A DNA stretch of 64,000 bases from Candidatus Dormiibacterota bacterium (GCA_049799515.1 JBARIA010000143.1:7708-71707), one strand, 5' to 3'. Counted from the stretch's first letter, positions 8,717 through 18,506 are shown. The notes: generated by a model not told the origin, from the sequence alone. Made by a program: numbers and translations.

Positions 8717-9441
8717 CCCCGGCGGATCGCCCGACCGGCATCTGTTTCGATTACGGGCGCACTCTGGTCGACTTCGCCCGGCCGGACGCGGCCCTGTCGG
8801 CGGCTGGTGCCAGCCTGGCGGGTCAGCTGGCACTCACCGACAGCAGCTGGAAGGGGACGGCCGGGGAGTTCGCCCTGGCCCTCGACCAGCTGGTGGATCA
8901 TCTGATCGACCAGGGCCAGCGAGCCGACCGGTGGCGGGAGGTCGATTTCGAGCTGGTCCACCGGAATGCCATGCACCAATTGCTGGGCATCTGGCCTAGT
9001 CAGGAGATCAGCGCCCGGGTGGGGGCGACGCTGCAGCGAGCCTGGTCCGAGGGGGTGGCGCCGATCGAGCCGGCCCGCGCCGTCCTGGGCAAGCTGAAGG
9101 AGCGAGGGATGCGCCTCGCACTCTGTTCCAACGCTCCCTTCCCGCCCCAGCTGATGTACGAGCAGCTGGAGCGGCTCCAGCTCGGCTTGTACTTCGACGC
9201 GGTTCTCTTCTCCAGCGAGATTGGCTGGCGCAAGCCCGATCAGAGAGTCTTCGCCGAGATGCTGAGACGGCTCTCGCTGCCGGCCCCGTCGGTTTGGTAT
9301 CTGGGCGACGAGTGGGAGGCCGACATCCAGGGTGCCACTGCCGCTGGGATGAGGGCGATCCTGGTTCCCGGCGCGAAGGCGCCTCCGGAGGGCGCGGAGC
9401 AGCTGTTCCGGTGGGGGGACTTGCTGACCCTGCTCGGCTAG
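8713..9441 (+). CDS. HAD-superfamily hydrolase (subfamily IA-like)
   Basis: Motif I-like ICFDYGRTLVDF, a cap region, LALCSNAP (motif II-like S/T) and a C-terminal YLGDEWEADIQGA (motif IV-like). The start is assigned to the in-frame GTG at 8713; the track ORF extends upstream through low-complexity sequence. Confidence 0.6.
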   Translation: MTPADRPTGICFDYGRTLVDFARPDAALSAAGASLAGQLALTDSSWKGTAGEFALALDQLVDHLIDQGQRADRWREVDFELVHRNAMHQLLGIWPSQEISARVGATLQRAWSEGVAPIEPARAVLGKLKERGMRLALCSNAPFPPQLMYEQLERLQLGLYFDAVLFSSEIGWRKPDQRVFAEMLRRLSLPAPSVWYLGDEWEADIQGATAAGMRAILVPGAKAPPEGAEQLFRWGDLLTLLG

Positions 9442-9499
9442 CCTAGTCCCAGTTGCCGGTCCTCTCGGAGGCGACTGAGGCCCTTCGTACACTTGAGCG

Positions 9500-11296
9500 A
9501 TGCGAGTTAGCGCCCTATTCGGTGCCACCCGGCGGAGCGCCCCCGCTGAGGAGCTGATCTCCCATCAGCTGCTGCTGCGGGCGGGCTTCGTCCAACAGTT
9601 GGCGACCGGGATCTACAGCTACCTGCCGATGGGCTGGCGCACCGAGCAGAAGATTCGGCAAATCCTCCGGGAGGAGATGAACGCCCTGGGCGGCCAGGAG
9701 CTCTCTATGCCGGTGGTCCAACCGGCCGAGCTCTGGCAGCGGAGCGGGCGCTGGGACCACATCGACCAGGTGCTGCTGCGGTTCCAGGACCGGCGGGGCC
9801 GGGACATGGCCCTGGCACTCTCCCACGAGGAGGTCGTGGCCGACCTGACCGCCTCCAACGTGAACTCCTACCGGGACCTTCCCCGGATCGTCTATCACAT
9901 TCAGACCAAGTTCCGAGACGAACCTCGGGCCCGGGGCGGGCTGCTGCGCACCCGGGAGTTCACAATGAAGGACTCGTACTCCCTGGACCGAGACCAGGCA
10001 GGACTGGATCGCGCCTACATCGCGCACTTCCGGGCCTACTTCAAGATCGCCGTCCGGGCGGGGGTCCCGGTGGTGGCGGTGCTCAGCGACGTCGGCGTCC
10101 ACGGCGGCAACCTGGCCCACGAGTTCATATACCTGACCGAGGTCGGAGAGGACACCCTGGTGTTCTGCGACAGCTGCGGATATGCCGCCAACCAGGAGGT
10201 GGCGGAGACCGCGCTCCCAGAACCAGAGACCGAGCCGGAAGCGGAGCTCGAGGAGGTGGAGACACCTGGAGCGGCGACGGTCACCGAGCTCTCGGCGTTC
10301 CTCAAGTTGGATCCCTCCCGGGTGGCCAAGTCAGTCGCCTTCATGGCGGAGCTCCAGAGGGGCCAGCCGTCTCGGCTGGTGCTGGCCCTGGTCCCGGGCC
10401 CAGCTGAGGTCAATCTGGCCCAGCTGCGCAACGCCACGGGCGCGGTTGACCTCCGTCCCGCCACTCCGGAGGAGGTGGAGCTGGCGGGAGGGGTGCCCGG
10501 CTACATGTCGCCCCGGGGCCTCACCAAGGACGCCGCGATCGTGGTGGTCGATGAAGTGATCGCTCGCCGGCGCAATCTGGTGACCGGCGCCAATCGCCAG
10601 GGGTGGCACCTGCGCAACTTCAACCTGGCCCGCGACTGCCGGGTGGATTCGGTGACCCGACTGGCCGCGGCCTCAACCGGGGACCCCTGCACCAACTGCG
10701 GGGAGCCACTGCGGATCCGGCGAGGCATCGAGTACGGAAATATCTTCCAACTCGGCACCCGGTACAGCGTGACCCTGGGAGCCCTCTACAACGATGAGGC
10801 CGGCCAGCAGTTGCCGGTGGTGATGGGCTCATACGGGATCGGGATTGGCCGGTTGCTGGCCTGCGTCGCCGAGGAGCACCACGACGACCGCGGGCTGGCC
10901 CTGCCGATCGGGGTGGCGCCGTACGAGGTGGCGCTGGTCTCGGTCGGACACGACGAGCCGGTGACCCAGCTGGCCGAGGCCACCTACCGGGAGCTGCTGG
11001 AGAGTGGGGTCGAGGTTCTCTACGACGATCGGGAGGCCAGCCCCGGGGTCAAGTTCGCCGATGCCGATCTGCGGGGGATTCCCCTTCGGGTCACCATCTC
11101 GCCGCGGAGCCTCCAGGCGGAGGGAGCCGAGTTCAAGCGGCGCATCGGCGAGCCGCGGACAGTCGCCCGCGCCGCCATCGTCCAGCAGGTGTTGGCTGAG
11201 CTGTCGGCACTTCGGAGCGAGCAGCAGGACTGGGTCCGAGCACAGCTGGAGCTGGTCGAGGCACTGGTCGCTCAGACCTTTTCCAGAGAGGGCTGA
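9500..11296 (+). CDS. proS: Proline--tRNA ligase, bacterial type
   Basis: 598 aa. Class II aaRS motifs (FRDEPRARGGLLRTREFTMKDSYS), an insertion/editing region, and a C-terminal anticodon-binding domain (GSYGIGIGRLLA). Confidence 0.9.
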   Translation: MRVSALFGATRRSAPAEELISHQLLLRAGFVQQLATGIYSYLPMGWRTEQKIRQILREEMNALGGQELSMPVVQPAELWQRSGRWDHIDQVLLRFQDRRGRDMALALSHEEVVADLTASNVNSYRDLPRIVYHIQTKFRDEPRARGGLLRTREFTMKDSYSLDRDQAGLDRAYIAHFRAYFKIAVRAGVPVVAVLSDVGVHGGNLAHEFIYLTEVGEDTLVFCDSCGYAANQEVAETALPEPETEPEAELEEVETPGAATVTELSAFLKLDPSRVAKSVAFMAELQRGQPSRLVLALVPGPAEVNLAQLRNATGAVDLRPATPEEVELAGGVPGYMSPRGLTKDAAIVVVDEVIARRRNLVTGANRQGWHLRNFNLARDCRVDSVTRLAAASTGDPCTNCGEPLRIRRGIEYGNIFQLGTRYSVTLGALYNDEAGQQLPVVMGSYGIGIGRLLACVAEEHHDDRGLALPIGVAPYEVALVSVGHDEPVTQLAEATYRELLESGVEVLYDDREASPGVKFADADLRGIPLRVTISPRSLQAEGAEFKRRIGEPRTVARAAIVQQVLAELSALRSEQQDWVRAQLELVEALVAQTFSREG

Positions 11297-11314
11297 CCCC
11301 GGGGGCCTGAGCGG

Positions 11315-12550
11315 ATGGCCAGGACGCGAACGATCCTGCACGTGGACCTGGACGCCTTCTTCGTCTCCTGCGAGCTGCTCCGCCGGCCGGAGTTGGCCGG
11401 AAAGCCGGTGGTGGTGGGCGGCGGCCACGAATCGCACCCGGGGGAGCAGAGAGACCCGGGTCGGGGGGTGGTTGCGGCGGCCTCCTACGAGGCTCGGAGC
11501 TTCGGGGTTCACTCGGCTCTGCCGCTGGCCCGGGCACTCGGCCTCTGCCCCGCTCTGATCGTTCTGCCGGTCGACATCGACGAGTACGCCCGGATCTCCC
11601 AGCAGGTCTTCGCCATCTTTTCGGAATTCACCCCGCTGGTCGAACCGGGCTCGCTGGACGAGGCGTTTCTCGACCTCACCGGCACGGAGTCCCTGAGCGG
11701 GAGCGGAGAGGAGGCGGCCCAGGAGATCAGCGCTCGATTGGACGCCGAGCTGGGGCTGCCCTGCTCGGTGGGGGTGGCCACCACCAAGGTCGTGGCCAAG
11801 GTAGCCTCCGAGCTGCGCAAGCCCAGAGGAAGGGTGGTCGTGCCGCAGGGAGACGAGGCCGACTTCCTGGCCCCGCTGGCGGTGGAGCGGCTCCCGGGGG
11901 CTGGTCCCAAGACGACCGCCAAGCTGCACCTGCTGGGAATCGACACCCTGGGCAAGCTGGCGGCGGCCCCGATCTCCCTGCTGCAGGAGGCGCTGGGGCC
12001 GAACGCCGGGGCGCTCCAGCTCCGGGCACGTGGAGTAGATCCCAGCGAGGTCACCTTGCCCGGAGTCCCCAAGTCGGTCAGTCGCGAAGAGACGTATGCC
12101 GAGGACCTGAAGTCGCGCGAGGAGCTGGAGGCCCGAATTGCTGCACTCTCAGCCGGGGTGGGCAGGCGCCTTCGGGCGTCGTCACTGATCGCCCGGGCGG
12201 TTGCCATAAAGATGCGCTTCGCGAACTTCGAAACGGTCACCAGACGCCGCCACCTGGCTGAGCCGACCTATGCCGACCACGAACTGCAGGCGGGTGCCCT
12301 GGAGCTCTTCGCTGAGAACTGGAGCGACGGCCGGCCGGTGCGCTTGCTGGGGGTGGGCGCCGAGGGTTTGAGCGAGGCTCGGCAGATGAGCCTGTTCGAG
12401 CGAGGCAGCGACCGCGGTGAGCGTTTGGACCTGGCCCTGGATGGACTCCGCGGCCGCTTCGGACGCAAGGCGATCTCGAGAGGCACCGGGTCACTTGAAG
12501 ATCCCCTGGACTGGAACCGAGACCATCTGCGCCGTCTGACCGACCCTTAG
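11315..12550 (+). CDS. dinB: DNA polymerase IV (Y-family)
   Basis: ILHVDLDAFFVSCE...SLDEAFLDLTG catalytic motifs and a little-finger domain. Confidence 0.9.
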   Translation: MARTRTILHVDLDAFFVSCELLRRPELAGKPVVVGGGHESHPGEQRDPGRGVVAAASYEARSFGVHSALPLARALGLCPALIVLPVDIDEYARISQQVFAIFSEFTPLVEPGSLDEAFLDLTGTESLSGSGEEAAQEISARLDAELGLPCSVGVATTKVVAKVASELRKPRGRVVVPQGDEADFLAPLAVERLPGAGPKTTAKLHLLGIDTLGKLAAAPISLLQEALGPNAGALQLRARGVDPSEVTLPGVPKSVSREETYAEDLKSREELEARIAALSAGVGRRLRASSLIARAVAIKMRFANFETVTRRRHLAEPTYADHELQAGALELFAENWSDGRPVRLLGVGAEGLSEARQMSLFERGSDRGERLDLALDGLRGRFGRKAISRGTGSLEDPLDWNRDHLRRLTDP

Positions 12551-12693
12551 CCGCTTCGGACCTCGGCAGCTAGCCACGTATCATCTGATGGCCTCAGAAG
12601 CGGCATCAGCCGCTCCACGCACTCAGGCGAGGGGCCACCGGCGGAACCTGGTCGGCAGGAGGTAGCAGCGATGACCGGGCGTGGGCGGAACCG

Positions 12694-13203
12694 ATGAAGA
12701 CCGAGTTCCGCTTCTGTCCGAGCTGCGGCTCGCCGCTCAGTCCTCGGCAGATCGAAGGCCACGACCTGCCAGCCTGTCCCAACTGTGAATTCGTGGCCTG
12801 GAAGGACCCCAAGGTGGCGACCGCGCTGCTGGCCAGCGACTCCGATGGCCGGCTCCTGGTGATCCGCCGAGGGATCTCGCCCGGCCGCGGCGGATGGGCG
12901 TTTCCCGGCGGTTACGTCGACGACGAGGAGGATCCGGCCTTCGGGGCGGCCCGCGAATGCCGCGAGGAGACTGGCTGCGAAGCCCAGGTCGACGAGCTGG
13001 CCGGCGTCTTCCACGTGGTGACCGAAGAGGGAGGACTGGTGGTCCTGGCCTACCGCGGCCGGCTGACCTCCGGAGATCCAACCCCCACTCCCGAGGCGCC
13101 CGAGCTGGGCTGCTTCGACCCCCAGCAGCTCCCCACCCTGGTGTTCTCCTCCCATCGGCAGGCCTTCGCCGCCTGGCAGGCGACCATGGGCCAGGTCACC
13201 TGA
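12694..13203 (+). CDS. NUDIX hydrolase with N-terminal zinc ribbon
   Basis: CPSCGSPL...CPNC zinc ribbon followed by a Nudix box (GGWAFPGGYVDDEEDPAFGAARECREETG). Confidence 0.8.
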   Translation: MKTEFRFCPSCGSPLSPRQIEGHDLPACPNCEFVAWKDPKVATALLASDSDGRLLVIRRGISPGRGGWAFPGGYVDDEEDPAFGAARECREETGCEAQVDELAGVFHVVTEEGGLVVLAYRGRLTSGDPTPTPEAPELGCFDPQQLPTLVFSSHRQAFAAWQATMGQVT

Positions 13204-13204
13204 A

Positions 13205-13834
13205 GTGCTGGGGATGATCCGGCGCAGCTGCACCATGAACTGCCTGGGGTGCCTGATCCCGGTGGTGGTGGTCGTGGGCCTGCTGCTTTATGCCGTCCAT
13301 CTCTGGATCACCCCGCCTAACTATCCCCCGGTGACGGCGGCACCAGCCTCGTCCCTGCAGCTGACCGCGGCCCAGGCGGTCGCCTCGGCGCTCTCGGACG
13401 GTCAGCCGGTGGCGCTGGTCCACCTGACCGACGCTGAGGCGACCGGACTGCTGGCAGACAGTCTGAGCAGCTACGACGGACTCTCCCAGCTCCAGGTTCA
13501 CGTGCTCCAGGGTGAGGTGGTGGTGACTGGGCAGACCACCATCCTCAACCGCCCCTTGGTGATCGGCGGTCCGGTTCACTTCGGGGGTCTGGGCACCTCG
13601 ACGATCAATCTCAAGTTCTCGGGTCTCTCGATTGGCCAGATGACCCTTCCCTCGCTGATTCCCCAGGCCCTGGCCCGGGGGTTCCACCCCTCCCTCTCGC
13701 TGGGGCTGATCGACGTCGGCAGGACCCTCACCTTCTCCTGCGAGGCAGCGCGTCCCAACGATCTGATCGTGGGGGTGAGCTTCGGCGGGGGGACCGTGGC
13801 CAAGGGAGTCAACGCCTGCGCGGCGAGCTCATGA
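13205..13834 (+). CDS. Hypothetical membrane-anchored protein
   Basis: N-terminal TM ([15 protein letters not shown]) then a roughly 170 aa Gly/Leu-rich domain. Translationally coupled to moaC (ATGA overlap at 13831). No recognisable family. Confidence 0.45.
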   Translation: MLGMIRRSCTMNCLGCLIPVVVVVGLLLYAVHLWITPPNYPPVTAAPASSLQLTAAQAVASALSDGQPVALVHLTDAEATGLLADSLSSYDGLSQLQVHVLQGEVVVTGQTTILNRPLVIGGPVHFGGLGTSTINLKFSGLSIGQMTLPSLIPQALARGFHPSLSLGLIDVGRTLTFSCEAARPNDLIVGVSFGGGTVAKGVNACAASS

Positions 13835-14352
13835 CCGACGAGAGCGGATCCGGGCTCAGTCACCTGGACACCCGGGGCAAGGCGCGGATGGTCGACGTCG
13901 GCGACCGGCCCAGCACCGACCGCGAGGCGACGGCGGAGGGTGAGGTTCGGCTCAACCGGTCTGCCTGGGCGGCCATCTCCGAAGGGGCCGTCACTAAGGG
14001 TGACGTCCTGGAGGTGGCCCGGTTGGCGGGGATCATGGGTGCCAAGCGCACCGCTGAACTGATCCCGCTCTGCCACCCGCTCACCTTGACCCACGTGGCT
14101 GTCGAGGCAGAGTTGGCCAGCGGGCCCGATCGGGTTCAGCTGCGGGCGACCGTCCGCTGCCACGGCACCACTGGTGTTGAGATGGAGGCGCTGACCGCGG
14201 TAAGCGTCGCCGCCCTGACCGTGATTGACATGGTCAAGAGCCTCGATCCGTGGGCGGAGATCGGCCCGATCGCGTTGCTGGCAAAGCGCGGCGGGCGCTC
14301 CGGTGAAGTCCACCGACCCGGTTCCGGCGCCGAGTCAGGGGGGGCCGGCTGA
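13831..14352 (+). CDS. moaC: Cyclic pyranopterin monophosphate synthase accessory protein MoaC
   Basis: [19 protein letters not shown] and [20 protein letters not shown] are canonical MoaC motifs. Confidence 0.9.
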   Translation: MTDESGSGLSHLDTRGKARMVDVGDRPSTDREATAEGEVRLNRSAWAAISEGAVTKGDVLEVARLAGIMGAKRTAELIPLCHPLTLTHVAVEAELASGPDRVQLRATVRCHGTTGVEMEALTAVSVAALTVIDMVKSLDPWAEIGPIALLAKRGGRSGEVHRPGSGAESGGAG

Positions 14353-14353
14353 G

Positions 14354-16150
14354 GTGGTCGCTGTGGCCCGGTCGGGAGCTGCGCGCGAACGAGAGCTCAG
14401 AGAGCTTCTCTACCTGCAGAAGCTGGCGGTGGAGGCGGCCTCGACCATGGAGCGCGACGAGCTCTTCTCACTGGTGCTCAGGGAGACTACCGGCGTCCTG
14501 GAGGCTGATGTCTGCTCGCTCTATCTGTACGACCAGGCTCGCGAGGGCTTGGTCTTGACCGCCACCAACGGGCTCAACCAGGCGGCCGTGGGCAAGGTGG
14601 TGCTCGCTCCCGGCAAGGGGATCACCGGAGCGGTGGCGGCCTCCCGTGAGCCGCTCTCGGTCGCCGACGTGGCCACCGATCCGCGCTTCGAGTGGATCGA
14701 GGGCCTCGATGAGGAGCGGTTCACCTCGATGCTGTCGGTCCCGATCCTGGCCGGTCCGCGCATGGTCGGGGTCCTCGACGTCCAGACGGTCGATCGCCGC
14801 GAGTTCCGTCCCGACGAGCTGGCCGTCCTCTCGGCGATTGCGGGCGCTCTGGCAGGGGTGCTGGAGCGAAGCGAGTTACAGCACCGGTTGGAGCAGCAAC
14901 TGGTCGAGATCCAGCTCTCCCAAACCGTGCATGAGCGCTTCACCGAGCTGGCGCTTTCCGGAGCCGGTCTGCCCAAGATCCTCGACGCCATCGCGGGCCT
15001 GGCCGGCGGCGAGGTCGGACTCTACGATCCGCTGGGATTCCACCTGGAGCATGGCGCCGGTCGGGGCCTCGCGGCTCGCCGACTAGCGATCCCCACCTCG
15101 CTCACCGGACCAGCCTCCGCCGGCTTGGTCGGAATCAGCCTGACCCGCCCTCGACTTGACCTCATCCTGACCCCGGTGCGCGCCGGCGAGGAGCTGGTGG
15201 CGGTGTTGGCGGTCGAGGGCACGGTGGCCACCGCCGGCTCGGGCAAGCGTCGGGCTATGGAACACGGCGCCACCGTGGTAGCGCTGGAGCTGCTCAAGGA
15301 GAGGGCGGCTGCCGAGGTGGAGCGCCGCCTACGCGGAGACCTCCTGGAAGGGCTGCTCACCCCCGGGCAGAGCCCCGATGACATCGCCCGCTTGGCGGTG
15401 CGGGCAGAGCGGCTTGGTTACCGGATTCCCGACCAGGCCTGGGTGCTCGTGCTGGAGCCAGACGACGAACGAACCCTGGGAAAATTTCAGACCCAACCGC
15501 TCCAGGAGCGGCTGCAGCGCGATCTCAACGAGCTGACCCAGCGCCGGTTCCCCGGTTCCTTGGTGGTGGCCCGAGCCACCTATTCAGTGCTCCTGATCCC
15601 GGCCCGGGCCGCCGCTCCCAAGAACGGCGCGGCCGAGCCTTCGCCTTCGGGCCTGGAGGAGTTCTCGAGAACCGTTTTGGCGCTGACCCAGGGGTTGGGA
15701 AGGCGGCTCGGCTTCTCGGTCGGCATGGGCAATCTGGCAGCCTCGGCCTTGGAGCTCTCCAGGGCCCATGAGGAAGCCCGGCAGGCATTGCGGCTTTCCC
15801 GCCGCGCCGGAGGTGCCGGGCAGGTCACCTCCTATCGCTCCCTGGGAGCCCTCCGGCTGCTCTTGGAGGTCCGCGACACCGACGTCCTGCGTCGGTTCGT
15901 CGACGAGACCCTGGGGCCCATCCTTGCCTACGCCCAGCGCCATCGAACCCCGCTGCTCTCCACTCTGGAGGCGCTGGTGGCCCAGCGCTGGAATCAGCGT
16001 GCGGCCGGCCGCCAACTGCACGTGCACATCAACACCCTGGCCTATCGGCTGCAGCGAATCGAGGACCTCCTCGGTGCCTCGCTGGACGATGCGGAGACCA
16101 GGGTGGTGCTGAGCGTCGCCCTGCAGGCCAGGCAGCTACTCGCCGGCTGA
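14354..16150 (+). CDS. GAF-domain / PucR(CdaR)-family transcriptional regulator
   Basis: N-terminal GAF (CSLYLYD...GITGAV...DP.F.....ERF.SMLSVPI) and a C-terminal PucR-type HTH (QLHVHINTLAYRLQRIEDLLG). GTG start immediately after the moaC stop. Confidence 0.75.
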   Translation: MVAVARSGAARERELRELLYLQKLAVEAASTMERDELFSLVLRETTGVLEADVCSLYLYDQAREGLVLTATNGLNQAAVGKVVLAPGKGITGAVAASREPLSVADVATDPRFEWIEGLDEERFTSMLSVPILAGPRMVGVLDVQTVDRREFRPDELAVLSAIAGALAGVLERSELQHRLEQQLVEIQLSQTVHERFTELALSGAGLPKILDAIAGLAGGEVGLYDPLGFHLEHGAGRGLAARRLAIPTSLTGPASAGLVGISLTRPRLDLILTPVRAGEELVAVLAVEGTVATAGSGKRRAMEHGATVVALELLKERAAAEVERRLRGDLLEGLLTPGQSPDDIARLAVRAERLGYRIPDQAWVLVLEPDDERTLGKFQTQPLQERLQRDLNELTQRRFPGSLVVARATYSVLLIPARAAAPKNGAAEPSPSGLEEFSRTVLALTQGLGRRLGFSVGMGNLAASALELSRAHEEARQALRLSRRAGGAGQVTSYRSLGALRLLLEVRDTDVLRRFVDETLGPILAYAQRHRTPLLSTLEALVAQRWNQRAAGRQLHVHINTLAYRLQRIEDLLGASLDDAETRVVLSVALQARQLLAG

Positions 16151-16202
16151 GTCGAGCCCGCGTGGTAGCGTCCACCGGTGGGTCAATCTAGACAAGGAGG
16201 CA

Positions 16203-16658
16203 GTGATGTTGCAGCCCGGTAACCAAGTACCCGACTTCACGCTTCAGGCGGGCAACGGCCAGACCGCCGATACCACCGAACTGCGCGGCCAGCGCTGGGT
16301 TATCTACTTCTACCCCAAGGACAACACGCCCGGCTGCACCATCGAGACGGGAGAGTTTGGCCGCTCCTTGCCGGACTTTTTCAAGCAGGGGGTGCAGGTC
16401 TTCGGCTGCTCGGTCGGCGATGTCGAGGCAAAGACCAAGTTCGCCGAGGCCTGCGGCGCTCCCGACCTGCCGTTGCTCGCCGATCCGGACCATCACGTCG
16501 CCGAGCTCTTCGGGGTCTGGAAGTCCAGTCCGGATGGTCCTTCGGGGGGAGTGGCTCGGGCCACCTTCCTGGTGGATGGGGACGGCAGGATCGAGCGGGC
16601 CTGGGAGTCAGTCAAACCGGCGGGTCACGCCGCCGAGGTGCTGGCGGCAGTCAGCTAG
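16203..16658 (+). CDS. bcp: Thiol peroxidase / peroxiredoxin Bcp
   Basis: 151 aa. VPDFTL...YFYPKDNTPGCTIE peroxidatic Cys motif and resolving Cys (FGCSVGD). Confidence 0.85.
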   Translation: MMLQPGNQVPDFTLQAGNGQTADTTELRGQRWVIYFYPKDNTPGCTIETGEFGRSLPDFFKQGVQVFGCSVGDVEAKTKFAEACGAPDLPLLADPDHHVAELFGVWKSSPDGPSGGVARATFLVDGDGRIERAWESVKPAGHAAEVLAAVS

Positions 16659-16975
16659 TACAGCGGTCCGCAAATAGCTTGGCGATTACGCGGCGGGAGG
16701 ACGATGGCTACATGGCCAATCGTGCTGCTCGCGCCCTCCTTCTCGACGACGACAGCCGGACGGCCCTGACCGCCTGACAGGGAGTCGGAACCTGCCGCAC
16801 CGCCAGGTTCGGCGCGCCCAGATAGTGCTCCAGGCCGCAGAGGGCATCCCCAACTCGACGATCGCCGAGCAGCGCCACTGTTCCGTTGCCACAGTGCTGC
16901 TCTGGCGCCAGCGTTTCCAGGACACCGCGATGTCCGGCTCGGAAGAGAACGCCCCGGAAGTTGACCGGAATTTGG
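16659..16975 (+). mobile_element. IS630-family element, 5' fragment (about 0.3 kb; transposase N-terminal HTH remnant)
   Basis: About 90% nucleotide identity to 20308-20625. Both copies begin CTAGTACAG(C/T)GG and encode MANRAARALLLDDDSRT.LTA(stop), then in the -1 frame ...HRQV.RAQI.LQAAE.I.N.TIAEQ..CS..TVLLWRQ.FQDT... The similarity decays after about 16975. Confidence 0.6.
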
Positions 16976-17040
16976 CGAACTCGACCTCCAGGTCTTCTCC
17001 CCGACGCCGGGGCGGAGCGGGGCCGCACCTATCATGACCT

Positions 17041-17580
17041 ATGACACCACTATCGCTTGACAAGACACCACTATGGTGGCATCATGGTGCCATGGAGCTC
17101 GGACAGTACGTCAGCGACCTGCAGCGCCAGTTAGTGGATGCCGCGGCGATCGGCGTGGAGAGCACTCGTGCCGCCGCCGAGCGACTCGCCGGCGGACTGG
17201 ATGCCGCGACGCGGCTCGTGTTATTCGACGCCCTGTCGGCTGCGGTCGGCGAAATCACCCGCGACCTCGCGCCTGGCTCGGTTGACATGCGGCTGCGCGG
17301 ACGCGAGATCGAGTTCGTGGTTACCCAGCCGAACACGGAGCCTGACGCCGACGAGCGGCGCGCTGCAACCGTCGACCTCGACGACGCGAGCACCTCGCGC
17401 ACGACGCTCCGCCTGCCGGACGCCATCAAGGCGCGGGTGGACGAGGCGGCAGCGGCTGACGGCCTGTCCATCAACGCATGGCTGGTCCGTGCGATTGCGG
17501 ACGCTCTCCAACCCAAGCAACGGCGATCTGCACAGCGCACGCTGCGCACCGGCGATAACTTCGCGGGCTGGGTGCGCTAA
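17041..17580 (+). CDS. Hypothetical protein with C-terminal ribbon-helix-helix (CopG/HicB-antitoxin-like) tail
   Basis: 179 aa. The C-terminus (TTLRLPDAIKARVDEAAAADGLSINAWLVRAIADAL) resembles RHH DNA-binding motifs. Lies upstream of a DUF4097 gene. Confidence 0.5.
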   Translation: MTPLSLDKTPLWWHHGAMELGQYVSDLQRQLVDAAAIGVESTRAAAERLAGGLDAATRLVLFDALSAAVGEITRDLAPGSVDMRLRGREIEFVVTQPNTEPDADERRAATVDLDDASTSRTTLRLPDAIKARVDEAAAADGLSINAWLVRAIADALQPKQRRSAQRTLRTGDNFAGWVR

Positions 17581-17660
17581 CCCGCTCAGCCCACCACATC
17601 CACCAGCCACGCGGACCCGCGGGGTCGGACAAAGACGCCCACAGAAGGGAAAGCCTCAGC

Positions 17661-18506
17661 ATGCCCACCTACAACACCCCCACCCCAATCGACCTCGCCA
17701 TCAACTTGCAAGTCGGCGGGATCGAGGTCTTCGCTGGTGACCGCGCCGACACGGTCGTGACCGTGTCGGCCAGTAACCCGGTGAAGGCGACTGACCGCCG
17801 AGGCGCGGAGGAGACCAAGGTCGACTTCGACGGCCAGCGGCTCACCATTGCGGGCCCGCGGCCTCGCATCAGCTGGCTCGGCCCAACCGAGTCGGTCGAC
17901 GTGAAGGTTGAGCTGCCAACGGGGTCGCGGCTCACCGCCGAGATTGCGCTCGGCAGCCTGCGCACCGTCGGACGCCTTGGCGCCACCCGCGTCAAGAGCT
18001 CGTTTGGTCCCGTGGATGTCGACACCACCGGCGACCTGTGGCTGCGCGCCTCGTACGGCAACGCGACTCTGGGTACCGCCGAGGGCGGGATCGAGGTCAC
18101 GGCCGACTTCGGTCAGATCCGGGTCGGCACGGTCACCGGCGACGCGATCCTCAAGGCGTCGTATGGCAGCATCCTGGTCGGGGAGTCTGGCGGCGACCTC
18201 GACGCCAAGCTCTCCTTCGGCGGCCTCGAGATCACCAAGGCGCTCGCCTCCGTTGCGGCGAAGATCGCGTACGGCGGCATCCAGCTGCGAGAGGTCTCGA
18301 GCGGTTCCATCCAGGTCGAGACCGGCGCCGGCCAGGTGACGATCGGGGTACGGCCCGGGGTCCCCGCCTGGCTCGACCTGTCCTCGAAGAAGGGGCATGT
18401 GCGCAACCAGCTCGCCGGCGACCGTGCTCCCGACGCGTCCGAGCAGACCATCGCCGTACGGGCGCGCACTGACTACGGGGACATCGACATCCAGCGCGCC
18501 CAATGA
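17661..18506 (+). CDS. DUF4097-family beta-strand-repeat protein (putative adhesin/LiaF-C-like)
   Basis: 281 aa of degenerate G-x-I-x-V repeats (GGIEVFAGD...GQIRVGTVTGDAILKASYGSILVGESGGDLDAKLSFGGLEIT...GSIQVETGAGQVTIGV) ending ...DYGDIDIQRA. Confidence 0.7.
   Translation: MPTYNTPTPIDLAINLQVGGIEVFAGDRADTVVTVSASNPVKATDRRGAEETKVDFDGQRLTIAGPRPRISWLGPTESVDVKVELPTGSRLTAEIALGSLRTVGRLGATRVKSSFGPVDVDTTGDLWLRASYGNATLGTAEGGIEVTADFGQIRVGTVTGDAILKASYGSILVGESGGDLDAKLSFGGLEITKALASVAAKIAYGGIQLREVSSGSIQVETGAGQVTIGVRPGVPAWLDLSSKKGHVRNQLAGDRAPDASEQTIAVRARTDYGDIDIQRAQ

Noticed and set aside
6980-8833. 617-aa minus-strand ORF antisense to the ABC permease/ATPase genes
   Set aside because: Low-complexity Pro/Gly/Arg-rich translation; it overlaps two motif-confirmed plus-strand genes. 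A typical GC-rich antisense artefact.
8422-9528. 368-aa minus-strand ORF antisense to the HAD hydrolase
   Set aside because: Arg/Pro/Gly low-complexity with no motifs; the sense-strand HAD motifs are clear.
10829-11929. 366-aa minus-strand ORF spanning the proS/dinB junction
   Set aside because: Antisense to two well-supported genes; composition-driven ORF.
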